64,000 bases of DNA, from assembly GCA_963815375.1 (NCBI GenBank), contig CAWFGX010000003.1, forward strand, positions 6,182 to 70,181. Direction: 5' to 3'. The position numbers and the translations under genes are program-made. The stretch's first letter is position 1; the number at the start of each line of letters is the position of its first letter. Source of the DNA: an uncultured Actinomycetota bacterium (GTDB lineage: Bacteria > Actinomycetota > Actinomycetes > Streptosporangiales > Streptosporangiaceae). A model generated the notes under the pieces. It searched no databases. It had not been told where the DNA came from and saw only the letters and a program-made list of their open reading frames with translations. This document shows positions 18,692-28,174 of this stretch, one piece after another.

Positions 18692-18695
18692 GAGA

Positions 18696-19574
18696 TCACA
18701 CCCTCCGGGCCGCGCCAGCCGCCAGCAGCCCGGACGGCCGGATCATCAGTACCAGGGCGAGCGCCACCAGCCCGTAGACCAGGACCAGGTCACTGCCCAG
18801 GTAACCACTGGCGTAGCTGAGCACGACCCCGAGCAGGACGCCGCCGAGCACCGCGCCGACTGGGCTCTCCAGGCCGCCGATCACGGCGGCCGTGAACCCG
18901 AGCACGAAGATCGAGTCCATGCTGTTGGGGTAGAGGAACGTCGACGGGGTGACCAGCACGCCGGCCAGTGCGCCGAACAGCCCGGCAAGGGCCCAGCCGA
19001 GCGTGAGCACCCGCCCGACCCTGACGCCGAGCAGCCTGGCCACACCCGGGCTGAACGCCGCGGCACGTAGCCGCAGGCCTACCGGCGTGTACCGGAAGAC
19101 CAGCGCCAGAGCGAACGCCCCGCCAAGCACGGCGGCAGCCGTGAACACGTCGGCCGGGGAGATCCCGAGTGCAAATGTGCCGACCTTCAGGCCTTTCACC
19201 GAGAACGCGGCGGGGAACGAGCGGTACTGGCCGCCGTAGATCAGCCCGGCGAGCCCCTCCAGGAAGATCAGCAGGCCGATGGTCACGATCACCGAGTTCA
19301 GCGCTGGCTTGCCGGACGTCGGCCGGATGACCGCTCGCTCGCAGGCCGCGCCGAGGACCAGGCCTGCCGCCAGCGCCACGAAGAAGCCCGCCCAGTAGTT
19401 CCCGGTATGCCTGATCACCACGTACGCGACGTAGGTGGTGAACATGGCCATCCCGCCCTGGGAGTAGTTGAGCACCCGGGTCCCGCGCCAGATCAGCACC
19501 AGCGACAGGGCGATGGCGGCGTAGATCATGCCGATGCCGATCCCGCCGAGACCGAACTCAACGAATTCCTGCAT
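18696..19574 (-). CDS. livH: Branched-chain amino-acid ABC transporter permease (LivH-like)
   Basis: The LivH-like N-terminus MQEFVEFGLGGIGIGMIYAAIALSLVLIW and NYSQGGMAMF are typical. Confidence 0.85.
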   Translation of the reverse strand: MQEFVEFGLGGIGIGMIYAAIALSLVLIWRGTRVLNYSQGGMAMFTTYVAYVVIRHTGNYWAGFFVALAAGLVLGAACERAVIRPTSGKPALNSVIVTIGLLIFLEGLAGLIYGGQYRSFPAAFSVKGLKVGTFALGISPADVFTAAAVLGGAFALALVFRYTPVGLRLRAAAFSPGVARLLGVRVGRVLTLGWALAGLFGALAGVLVTPSTFLYPNSMDSIFVLGFTAAVIGGLESPVGAVLGGVLLGVVLSYASGYLGSDLVLVYGLVALALVLMIRPSGLLAAGAARRV

Positions 19575-19591
19575 CTGAACCCTCTAGCCTC

Positions 19592-20321
<730 letters not shown>

Positions 20322-20329
<8 letters not shown>

Positions 20330-21254
20330 GGCCAGCCTCCGCGGACCGCCCGGCTCCCTGTGGCCCCTCCGAGGCCTGCCCGGCGGCCTCCTCGGACCGC
20401 CCGGCTCCTGCCGCCCCGTCCTCCTCAGCTCCGAGGTACGCGGCGGTCACCGCCGGATCGGCCTGCACCTGCGCTGGCGGGCCAGCAGCAATGAGCCTGC
20501 CGAAGTCCAGCACGAAGATCGTGTCGCAGACCGACATCACCAGGTCCATCCGGTGCTCGATCACCACCACGCCAGCCTCGGCCGCGCACTGCCTGATCAG
20601 CTCGCCGAGCTCGGCAAGCTCCCGCTCGGGCAGGCCGCTCGCGGGCTCGTCGAGCAGCAGCAGCCGCGGGTGCCCAACAAGGGCGCGGGCCAGTGCGACT
20701 CGCTTGCGCAGGCCGTACGCCAGCGTCCCCGGCATCCGGTCGGCCAGGTCAACGATGCCGACCAGGCCGAGTGCCGTCAGCGCCCGCTCCCGCAGCCGTC
20801 GCTCATCGCGGTCGGACCAGGGCAGGCCAAGCAGGCCCGACCAGAAGCCGGCGCGCCCCAGATGACTTGCGCCGACCATGACGTTCTCGACCACTGACAG
20901 GCCGCTGAACATGCCGACGCCCTGCAGCGTCCGGGCGACCCCCAGGCCGGCGAGCCTGTGCGGCCTGATCCCTGTGAGCTCGTTCCGTCCGAAGAAGATC
21001 GTTCCAGATGCGGGCCGGACGAACCCGCACACGGCGTTCAGCAGCGTGGTCTTGCCCGCCCCGTTCGGGCCGATGATCCCGGTCACCTGGCCCGGCGCGG
21101 CGCTGAGCGAAACGCCATCGAGCGCTGTCAGGCCGCCGAAGCGCACCGTCACGCCCCTGACATCCAGGACTCCGGCGGCAGCCGTGGACGGCCCGGCCAG
21201 CGCGTCTTCCGATGAACTACCATTCATCCAGCTAATCCCCGCTTTCAGAGGCAT
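20322..21254 (-). CDS. livG: ABC transporter ATP-binding protein (LivG-like) with a low-complexity C-terminal tail
   Basis: Walker A GPNGAGKTT, Walker B LLLLDEPASGL and the BCA_ABC_TP_C-like AYLG motif. An alternative start is at 21227 (MNGSSS). Confidence 0.85.
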
Positions 21255-21262
21255 AACTAGCT

Positions 21263-21286
21263 GGTCCTGAATAGTGATTCAGTACC
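21263..21286. promoter_or_regulatory. Imperfect 24-bp palindrome upstream of the liv-like operon
   Basis: GGTCCTGAAT-AGTG-ATTCAGTACC, with 9 of 10 arm positions complementary. It lies in a locally AT-richer patch just upstream of livG. Confidence 0.3.
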
Positions 21287-21614
21287 CACTGGGGGGTCGG
21301 TGGCCAGAGGGTGCGGGGAAGGTGTTGCGGATTCGTTGCCGAACCGAGATCTTGGCCGGAGAGCGCCGCCCGCCCGGCTGCGGACCTTCAGCTGCGCGCA
21401 CCGTCGTCGCGACCGGGATGGCAGGCGGCACGGCCCTGGCGGGCCCATGGGAGAGGCCGGCAGCGTCCGCACCGGCCAGACGCTGCCCGCTTGAATCAAC
21501 GTGGTTGATACTGAGGACTTCCGGCAGGTGGCGGTTCCTTGGTCCTCAAGCTACTGCGCTATGCCAGGCGAGCTCGATTGCCGGGCTCGGGGCTGGGATC
21601 AAGGTTTGGGCTCG

Positions 21615-22664
21615 TTAGCCAGCGCTCAGGCTGGTGCGCCGGATCAGGCACCACACGACGGCGACGGTGATCGCGCCGAGGGCGAAATAGCCGCAGGCCA
21701 GGATGAGGTGGAAGTCGGGAATCCGGCTCCCCGGCTGATAGCGCAGGGCTTCCATAAGGTGGTGTTGCGCCCTGCAGGGGTCGCTGTTCGCTGACGGGCA
21801 CAGCGACTGCACGGCGGCGGGGTTCATGGCGTGGCCGGACGCGTCGTAGATCGTGTTCATGCCCTGGTAGATGACCAGGATGTTGGCGCCCAGCCGGGAG
21901 GTGAAGTCCTGGTTGCCGCTGATGGGGACCCGGGCTGTCAGCGGCGTCATGAGGGTCGGATACTGCCACAGGACAAGGAAGAGGACGGCGATGTACCCGG
22001 TGAGCGCGGTGAAGATGGCGGGCAGGGTGCGGCGGTACGCGGCGCCCAGCGCCACGCCGACGGCGAGCCACGCCATGGTCTGCACCAGCGGCAGCATGCC
22101 GGTGACCAGGAACCCGGCGCCGGAGCCCAGGGAGAACAAGCTCTTCCCGGTCGCGATGCTCACTATGTGGGCCAGGTGGTCGGCAGCGGCGGACACCGCC
22201 GCTGCCGCCGCTGCGGTCGGGACGCCGAGCAGCGCGAACTTGGTCCACAGCCAGCGCTGCGGGGTGATGTCCTGGCTCCAGGCCAGCAGCAGGGTGCGCT
22301 GCTCGTGTTCGCGGGCCAGCAGCGGGGCGCCGACGAACACGCCGGCCAGCAACGGCAGGAACAGCACGATGATGGTGAGGTAGATCGACAGATTGGTGAG
22401 TCCGAAGAGGCCTGTGAGGGACGCGGCCTGGGCCGAGCCGGGCGGGCAGGCTGTGTTCTTGCACTCCTGGTTGATCGTCGCGATGCGCGCGGCGACGTAG
22501 AGCATGGAACCGGTGACCATGCCGGCGACTGCCAGGCCCGCGACGATGACCGGGCGGTGTTGACGCCAGGTGAGCCAGATCAGGTCGGCCAGGCGCGCGC
22601 CGCCGCGTCCCCGGCTGCGATACGCCGCAGGGGTAGCAGAACCGGGTGTGCTCAGTGCGCTCAT
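21615..22664 (-). CDS. ABC-2 type transporter permease
   Basis: Polytopic membrane protein. Its start at MSALST shares ATGA with the stop of the upstream ATPase gene. The maximal ORF runs to 22754. Confidence 0.7.
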   Translation of the reverse strand: MSALSTPGSATPAAYRSRGRGGARLADLIWLTWRQHRPVIVAGLAVAGMVTGSMLYVAARIATINQECKNTACPPGSAQAASLTGLFGLTNLSIYLTIIVLFLPLLAGVFVGAPLLAREHEQRTLLLAWSQDITPQRWLWTKFALLGVPTAAAAAAVSAAADHLAHIVSIATGKSLFSLGSGAGFLVTGMLPLVQTMAWLAVGVALGAAYRRTLPAIFTALTGYIAVLFLVLWQYPTLMTPLTARVPISGNQDFTSRLGANILVIYQGMNTIYDASGHAMNPAAVQSLCPSANSDPCRAQHHLMEALRYQPGSRIPDFHLILACGYFALGAITVAVVWCLIRRTSLSAG

Positions 22665-23575
22665 ACGGCGGCCTCCAGGACTCGGGGCGGCTTCGCGGAC
22701 GTCTTGAGGTAGGTGATGGTCAGTTGCTCGAGGGTCACCGGCCCGCTGCTCCACCCCGGGGCGACAGCGGAGGGCACGGCCTGGCTAGGCAGCCGGACGA
22801 TGAAGGTGGACTGGCGCTCGGTGTGCTGGGCCCGGACGATCTCGCCGGGGCACGGTGGCAGGTCCGCGCGGGGGCCAGCCAGCCGCACATGGCCGGCGAG
22901 CAGTTCCTCGATGTCACCGGTCAGCACCGGCCGGCCAGCAGCCAGCAGCAGCAGGTACTCAGCTACCCCGGCGAGCTCGGCCACGATGTGGGTCGAGAGC
23001 ATCACGGTCATGCCGCTGTCGGCGACCTCGGCTATCAGCTCCCCGGTGACCTCGCTGCGGGCGACGGGGTCCAGATTCGACAGCGGCTCATCCAGCAGCA
23101 GCACATCGGGGCAGCCGCCGAGCGCGACCGCGAGGGCGACCTGGGCGCGCTGCCCGCCGGACAGCCGGCCGCAGCGCCGCTGGAGCGGCACCTCGAAGCG
23201 ATCCAGCCAGTTCACCGCCCGCCGCTGGTCCCAGACGCGGTTGGTGTGCTGCCCGAACTTCAGCATGTCGGCAACGGTGAAGTCGCGGTAGAGCGGCTTG
23301 TCCTGGGCGAGGATGGCGACCCGGTGCGCGGTGTCGGCCGGGCGGGGCCGACGGTGCGGGTCAACGCGTTGCCCGCCGGCCAGGACCTCACCGCTGGTGG
23401 CCGGCAGCAGCCCGGCGGCGATGCTCATCAGCGTGGACTTGCCCGCGCCGTTGGCCCCGACCAGCGCGATGATGCGGTGCGCGGGCAGCTGGAAGCTGCA
23501 CTCGCTCAGCGCCACCACGTCGCGGTAGCGCTTGGTCAGGCCCCTGGCCTCCAGGGCGCTCGGCTCCTCGCTCAC
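22661..23575 (-). CDS. ABC transporter ATP-binding protein
   Basis: Walker A GANGAGKST, signature LSGGQRAQ and Walker B LLLDEPLSNLD. Confidence 0.88.
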   Translation of the reverse strand: MSEEPSALEARGLTKRYRDVVALSECSFQLPAHRIIALVGANGAGKSTLMSIAAGLLPATSGEVLAGGQRVDPHRRPRPADTAHRVAILAQDKPLYRDFTVADMLKFGQHTNRVWDQRRAVNWLDRFEVPLQRRCGRLSGGQRAQVALAVALGGCPDVLLLDEPLSNLDPVARSEVTGELIAEVADSGMTVMLSTHIVAELAGVAEYLLLLAAGRPVLTGDIEELLAGHVRLAGPRADLPPCPGEIVRAQHTERQSTFIVRLPSQAVPSAVAPGWSSGPVTLEQLTITYLKTSAKPPRVLEAAV

Positions 23576-24042
23576 GCCGCACCTCCGATCCCGGCGGCAC
23601 GCGGTGCCACTTCTGCACCGGCGGCCCGCCGTGCCGGACCGGGATCTCCGGCTCGTGGCGCGCCCGCTGCCTGCTGGGCGAGCACGGAGGCCACAAGCGC
23701 CTGGACGTCCTCGTCTTCGAGTCCTGCCTCGCGCGCCTGATCCAGCCAGCGTGACAAACCGCCCCGCAGCCGGGCCATGACGTGGGGATCAGCAGATCCC
23801 AGAGTGCCGGTGACGAACGTCCCAGAACCCTGCCGGGACTCGGCGAGCCCGGACATCTCCAGCTCGCGATACGCCTTGAGCACGGTGGCCGCATTCACTG
23901 TGCACGAGGTGACGACCTCTCGCACGGTTGGCAGCCGGTCACCGGGATGCAGCAGACCCAGCCGCATCGCCTCCCGCACCTGGCGCACCAGCTGCGCATA
24001 GACGGGCACGCTGCCCGCCTTATCGACATGGAAGTCGATCAC
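23572..24042 (-). CDS. GntR family transcriptional regulator, short YtrA-like subtype
   Basis: VPVYAQLVRQVREAMRLGLLHPGDRLPTVREV...VNAATVLKAYRELE wHTH. It is short (156 aa) and is the first gene of the ABC operon. Confidence 0.85.
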   Translation of the reverse strand: MIDFHVDKAGSVPVYAQLVRQVREAMRLGLLHPGDRLPTVREVVTSCTVNAATVLKAYRELEMSGLAESRQGSGTFVTGTLGSADPHVMARLRGGLSRWLDQAREAGLEDEDVQALVASVLAQQAAGAPRAGDPGPARRAAGAEVAPRAAGIGGAA

Positions 24043-24080
24043 ACTGCACGTCCCTTCCCGGACGGGACCGGCCGAAAGAT

Positions 24081-24100
24081 TGTTATGGTCATGTATAACA
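24081..24100. promoter_or_regulatory. Candidate GntR operator palindrome
   Basis: TGTTAT-GGTCATGT-ATAACA lies 39 nt upstream of the GntR start, in an AT-richer patch. It fits the GT-N-AC logic of GntR boxes. Confidence 0.35.
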
Positions 24101-24237
24101 CTGAATGACTTGCGGGCGCAAGCCGATCACTCGCGATACGGCACAGCAGCCAGGAACGTCGGGCAGCACCGTCTCTCAAGGGGTCGGACTGCTGCCTCTG
24201 GTGACCTGGACGAGGTGTTCGGATCGCAGGTGCGCCC

Positions 24238-24789
24238 ATGACCAGCTTCTTCTACGACCCGTTCACGGTGCTGGGGCTGCCGGTCAGCGCGGAGCTGACC
24301 GACGCGCAGGTCCGCGACGCCTGGCGTGCCATCGCCACCACCACGCACCCCGACCTGCCAGACGGCGGCGACCCAGCGCGCTACTCCGCCGCATCCGCCG
24401 CCTACGCCGCGCTGCGCACTCCGTGGGCACGCTCGGAGGCTTACGCCGACCTGATGGACGCCGCCCCGTCAGGCCCTGGCCACAAGACCTGCTCCCGCCC
24501 GCGCCAGTCCCGACCGCCGACCTGCCGCCTCCCCATCCTCGGAGACAAGCTGGCCGGCGCCCCACCCCGGCTCCTCCAGCAGCTCTGCCAGGCCTTCGAC
24601 GTTCAGATCCTCTACAAGAAGAACACCCACCAGGTCAGCATCAGCATCAGCATCACCATCACCGACAGCACCCCCCACGCCGTCGCCGCCATCATCGCCG
24701 CCGCCGGCATCGAACCCAGCACCCCTGCCGCGACCGGCCCAGACACCAGCCAGTCCCATTTTTCGGATTTAGCTCAAGCCCCTATGTGA
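24238..24789 (+). CDS. J-domain (DnaJ-like) protein with an aberrant C-terminal half
   Basis: DPFTVLGLPVSAELTDAQVRDAWRAIATTTHPD resembles a J-domain with HPD. The remaining residues have no chaperone features (see the remnant call below). Confidence 0.6.
   Translation: MTSFFYDPFTVLGLPVSAELTDAQVRDAWRAIATTTHPDLPDGGDPARYSAASAAYAALRTPWARSEAYADLMDAAPSGPGHKTCSRPRQSRPPTCRLPILGDKLAGAPPRLLQQLCQAFDVQILYKKNTHQVSISISITITDSTPHAVAAIIAAAGIEPSTPAATGPDTSQSHFSDLAQAPM
24529..24789 (+). pseudogene. Probable 3'-terminal remnant of a large serine recombinase gene, fused in frame to the J-domain ORF
   Basis: LPILGDKLAGAPPRLLQQLCQAFDVQILYKKNTHQVSISISITITDSTPHAV resembles the conserved C-terminal tails of actinobacterial large serine recombinases as I recall them. 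An AT-rich non-coding stretch follows. Confidence 0.35.
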
Positions 24790-25013
24790 CCATCAATCAA
24801 CCAAATTATCGATTTAGGTCCTGTTCCAGGCCGTCTTGGGGTATTTCGGAGGTAAGAATTTTGGAACTGCGCCTTTCCGGAACACTGCACGTTGACCGAA
24901 TCCGCTAGTTGCGGACACGAGACGGGCTAGCGGAAGGGGCCCAGTTGCGGTTTCTGGAGATCCGGAAACCAAGGACGGCGCCCGGCCGGGCACTCCCGGC
25001 TTCCGGAGCCTGG

Positions 25014-25523
25014 CTACGACAGTTCCCCGTGCCGCCTTACCAGCTCGGTGAGTGCCGCCAGCTCGCTGCCGAGCGCCGCGCGGCCCTGGCGCGTGATGCG
25101 CACACGCGTCCTCGCCCTGCGGCCCTCGTACCCCTTCACAACCTGGACGAGTCCCGCCTCCTCGAGCACCGTCAGGTGCCGCGACAGGTTGCCGGGTGTC
25201 AGACCAAGAGCCTGCTGGAGGTAGCCGAAGTCGGCCAGTTGCGCCTCGGCGGTGATCGTGAGGATGCCCAGCCGGTGCCGCTGGTGCACCAGGTCATCGA
25301 TCCCGTTGGTCGGGTGCCCGCCTGCTGGCTGTCTGGCCGCCGAGTCGTCGCTGCCCGACTGACCTGCGGCCGAATCGCCATTGGCAGGCCCCGCCGCCGA
25401 ACCGCCATTGGCCGGCTGACCTGTGACTGGACCACCATTGGCGGGCTGACCCGCGGCCGAGTCTCGCCCCGCTGGCCGTGCCGGGCCTGCGGGCTCGCCG
25501 TCCTGCCCTGCAGCTGCGCTCAT
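25014..25523 (-). CDS. Winged-helix transcriptional regulator (ArsR/MarR-like) with a low-complexity N-terminus
   Basis: HRLGILTITAEAQLADFGYLQQALGLTPGNLSRHLTVLEEAGLVQVVKGYEGRRARTRVRITRQG. The ATG shares ATGA with the upstream stop at 25520-25523. The N-terminus has AGQPANGG-type repeats. Confidence 0.75.
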   Translation of the reverse strand: MSAAAGQDGEPAGPARPAGRDSAAGQPANGGPVTGQPANGGSAAGPANGDSAAGQSGSDDSAARQPAGGHPTNGIDDLVHQRHRLGILTITAEAQLADFGYLQQALGLTPGNLSRHLTVLEEAGLVQVVKGYEGRRARTRVRITRQGRAALGSELAALTELVRRHGELS

Positions 25524-26374
25524 GCGGGGTCTCCGGAACTGGCTGCCACCTGCCTGCGCCGCGCGGCGGCGGCAGCGATCCCAGCCGCGCCGCCCGCGAC
25601 CAGCAGCACCCCAGTGGGGAGCAGCACGTTGGGCAGGATGGCCTGCCAGTCGTAGCCGGCCGGATTCCAGCCGAGCCGGTACAGGACGTTCTCGACGTCG
25701 TACAGGTTCGCCAGCAGCGCGGCCCCGGTGTAGAGGAGCGCGGTCACCGCCAGTGCCGTGCTCCGCTCGGCCCAGGCCAGCACCCACAATCCAGCCGCGA
25801 TGATCAGGAACGGGAACAGGCCCCGGACCACCAGGTCGCCCGGCCACGCCACGCTGAGCCAGTGCAGCGCGGAGAACCGCGACAGCGGCGGGAGCAGCAG
25901 CGCGAGCACGGTCAGCACCACCCCGGTGACCACGTAGCCGCGCGCCGGCGTCTGCAGCCCGGCTCGGCGCGCATGCCGCCGGTACCACAGCGCGCACAGC
26001 AGGTACCCGCCAACCAGCGCGACCAGCCAGTAGTAGCCAAGGAAGAAGCTGCCCTGTATCGGTGCGCCGCCGAGGACCGGCAGTGTCGGCCCCGAGGTCA
26101 GCATCACCACGCCAGAGCCTGATGTGCCGCCAGCCGCTGCCGGTGGGGCCGTGAGGTACAACGGGATCGCTGCGCAGCTCAGCACGCCGAACAGCAGCAG
26201 TGGAAGCCAGTACGCGTGCCTGGCCGACCTGGCCCGCCGCCGCAGCACCGCCAGCTCGTCCAGCAGCCTGGCCGAATCTTGAGTACCGACGAGTCCGGCT
26301 TCGCCGCCCGGCTCCTGCTCGTTGCCGCCGGAGCCCTCCGGACCGCTCGGTTCGGCGTTCTCCCCGTCGCGCAT
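25520..26374 (-). CDS. Polytopic membrane protein, unknown function
   Basis: It has multiple TM helices. The ATG at 26374 is preceded by AAGGAGG. It is co-transcribed with the wHTH regulator. Confidence 0.65.
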   Translation of the reverse strand: MRDGENAEPSGPEGSGGNEQEPGGEAGLVGTQDSARLLDELAVLRRRARSARHAYWLPLLLFGVLSCAAIPLYLTAPPAAAGGTSGSGVVMLTSGPTLPVLGGAPIQGSFFLGYYWLVALVGGYLLCALWYRRHARRAGLQTPARGYVVTGVVLTVLALLLPPLSRFSALHWLSVAWPGDLVVRGLFPFLIIAAGLWVLAWAERSTALAVTALLYTGAALLANLYDVENVLYRLGWNPAGYDWQAILPNVLLPTGVLLVAGGAAGIAAAAARRRQVAASSGDPA

Positions 26375-26442
26375 GCGCGCCTCCTTACTGTGTTGCCAAG
26401 AACTTTGCATCGCCAAGTGCTTGCTGTCAATCCACTTCTGAA

Positions 26443-27366
26443 ATGAGGCAGCATGGAGGCGTGGATTACGCGGCGACGACGCCACCGCCGGCTGTGGATG
26501 GGAGTTTGAGGCACACCCAACTGCATCAAAACGGCATTCATGGCGACGGGCTCACCAGCACGCTCACTGAGCTGGGCGAGCTGATCACGGCTGGTGACAT
26601 TCTGGTCCTCAGCGGAGCCGGGCTGTCGACAGAATCGGGCATACCGGACTACCGGGGGCCGACTGGGCTGGCCCGGCGAGCGGAGCCAATGACCTACCAG
26701 ACGTTTCGGGGCAGCGCAGCGGCCCGTCGCCGGTACTGGGCTCGCAGCCATCAGGGCTGGCGGCACGTGGCCCGCGCGATTCCGAACGCTGGGCATCGGG
26801 CAGTCGGCGAGCTGGAGCGGCGCGGCCTGCTCGCCGGGATCATCACGCAGAACGTGGACGGCCTGCACCAGGCTGCCGGGGCTCAGCACGTCGTCGAACT
26901 GCACGGCAGCCTTGACCGCGTAGTCTGCCTCGACTGCGGGGAGCGGAGCTCCCGCGACGAACTCGACCGGCGGCTGCGGGCCGCCAACGCCGACTGGGGC
27001 GCGCTGGTCACCCAGGTCAACCCGGACGGTGATGCTGTCGTTGACGATGAGCATGCCGAGCGCTTCGCGGTCGTGGACTGCGAGAGCTGCGGCGGGGTGC
27101 TCAAGCCGGACGTGGTGTTTTTCGGCGAGAACGTTCCGCGGCCCCGCGTCGAGCATTGCTATGCGCTGACCGAGCGCGCGAGCACGCTGCTGGTGCTCGG
27201 ATCCTCGCTGGCGGTGATGTCCGGCTACCGTTTCGTGCGGCACGCGGCAAAGCTGGCGGTACCCGTCGCGATCATCAACCAGGGCCCGACGCGCGGCGAC
27301 GCGCTGGCCCGGCTCATCCTCGATGCCCCGCTCGGCGAGACTCTTACCGCACTCACCGCACGATGA
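26443..27366 (+). CDS. cobB: NAD-dependent protein deacylase, Sir2 family (SIRT4/class II-like)
   Basis: [24 protein letters not shown], zinc-ribbon cysteines CLDCG...CESCGG and GSSL. The start at MRQHGG is uncertain. Confidence 0.85.
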   Translation: MRQHGGVDYAATTPPPAVDGSLRHTQLHQNGIHGDGLTSTLTELGELITAGDILVLSGAGLSTESGIPDYRGPTGLARRAEPMTYQTFRGSAAARRRYWARSHQGWRHVARAIPNAGHRAVGELERRGLLAGIITQNVDGLHQAAGAQHVVELHGSLDRVVCLDCGERSSRDELDRRLRAANADWGALVTQVNPDGDAVVDDEHAERFAVVDCESCGGVLKPDVVFFGENVPRPRVEHCYALTERASTLLVLGSSLAVMSGYRFVRHAAKLAVPVAIINQGPTRGDALARLILDAPLGETLTALTAR

Positions 27367-27397
27367 TCCCCGATCAGCCGGGCGTCAGGCGTAAAAC

Positions 27398-28102
27398 TCA
27401 GCGGGCTGCGGCGCGGCGGGCGACGTCGCCGATGACCGCGACAAGCTCGGCCGGGCGCGACCACATCGGCCAGTGACTGGTCGGCAGGTCGACATAGGTG
27501 ACGTCGCGCAGCTCGGAGAGCCCGCCGATCCACGCATAGCCTTCCTGGACGGCTGCCTTGATCTGCTCGGACGTCATCGATGTGCAGATGATCGTGCTCG
27601 GCACGTCGAGCCGGGCCTGGATGCCCAGATCGGCAGCCTCCCGGATTGCGCCGCCGGGCTCAGGCACCGCGCGTCTCCGGAACTCCGCCAGCTGCTCGTC
27701 GCTGATGCCGTCGAGGTTCTCGCCTAGGTCCTCCCACAAAGGCAGCGGCCACTCGGCAGCGTCAAAGCCGGGGTTGATCGGACCGGTGGCCGGGCCGGTG
27801 TCGACGTAAACCATCGCCGCGATCTGCCCGGGCACCCGGCCGCTGGCCGCGTACCCCGGGGCCCCGGCGCCGCTGTGCACAGCCAGCACTACCGGGACAC
27901 CCGCTGCCATGACGGCCGAGCAGATCGCGTCGACGTGGTCGGAAATCGTGATCCGGGAACGGTCGGTGTCCGGCCCCTCCAGGCCGGGCAGCGTGACCGC
28001 GGTGACGTCGTGGCCTTCGGCCCGCAGAGCAGCGGCGACGTCGTCCCACGCCCACCCGCCCAGCCAGAACCCTGGGACCAGAATGATCGGTGCGGAAGTC
28101 AT
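27398..28102 (-). CDS. Alpha/beta hydrolase
   Basis: ILVPGFWLGGWAWDDV N-terminus, HSGAG nucleophile elbow and a C-terminal His (PTSHWPM). Confidence 0.8.
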   Translation of the reverse strand: MTSAPIILVPGFWLGGWAWDDVAAALRAEGHDVTAVTLPGLEGPDTDRSRITISDHVDAICSAVMAAGVPVVLAVHSGAGAPGYAASGRVPGQIAAMVYVDTGPATGPINPGFDAAEWPLPLWEDLGENLDGISDEQLAEFRRRAVPEPGGAIREAADLGIQARLDVPSTIICTSMTSEQIKAAVQEGYAWIGGLSELRDVTYVDLPTSHWPMWSRPAELVAVIGDVARRAAAR

Positions 28103-28174
28103 GAAGCGACACTACTGACCCCTGCTGACAGGCGGCGCAGACGCTGGGTTGGGGTGGCCGGGTAGGGTGACGCG

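Noticed and set aside
25524-25997. The N-terminal 158 aa of the 327-aa ORF 25014..25997.
   Set aside because: This part overlaps, out of frame, the well-supported membrane-protein gene on the same strand (25520-26374) and is Arg/Ala/Gly-rich. The internal ATG at 25523 gives a clean ATGA junction with the upstream stop.
26443-27366. The Sir2-domain protein as a possible anti-phage NADase (Thoeris, DSR or SIR2-HerA type).
   Set aside because: It has the full housekeeping sirtuin layout: GAGxS, QNVDxLH, the catalytic His and a four-Cys zinc ribbon. It is about 300 aa, has no fused sensor domain and has no HerA/ThsB/pAgo partner. It is most simply a CobB/SIRT4-like deacylase.
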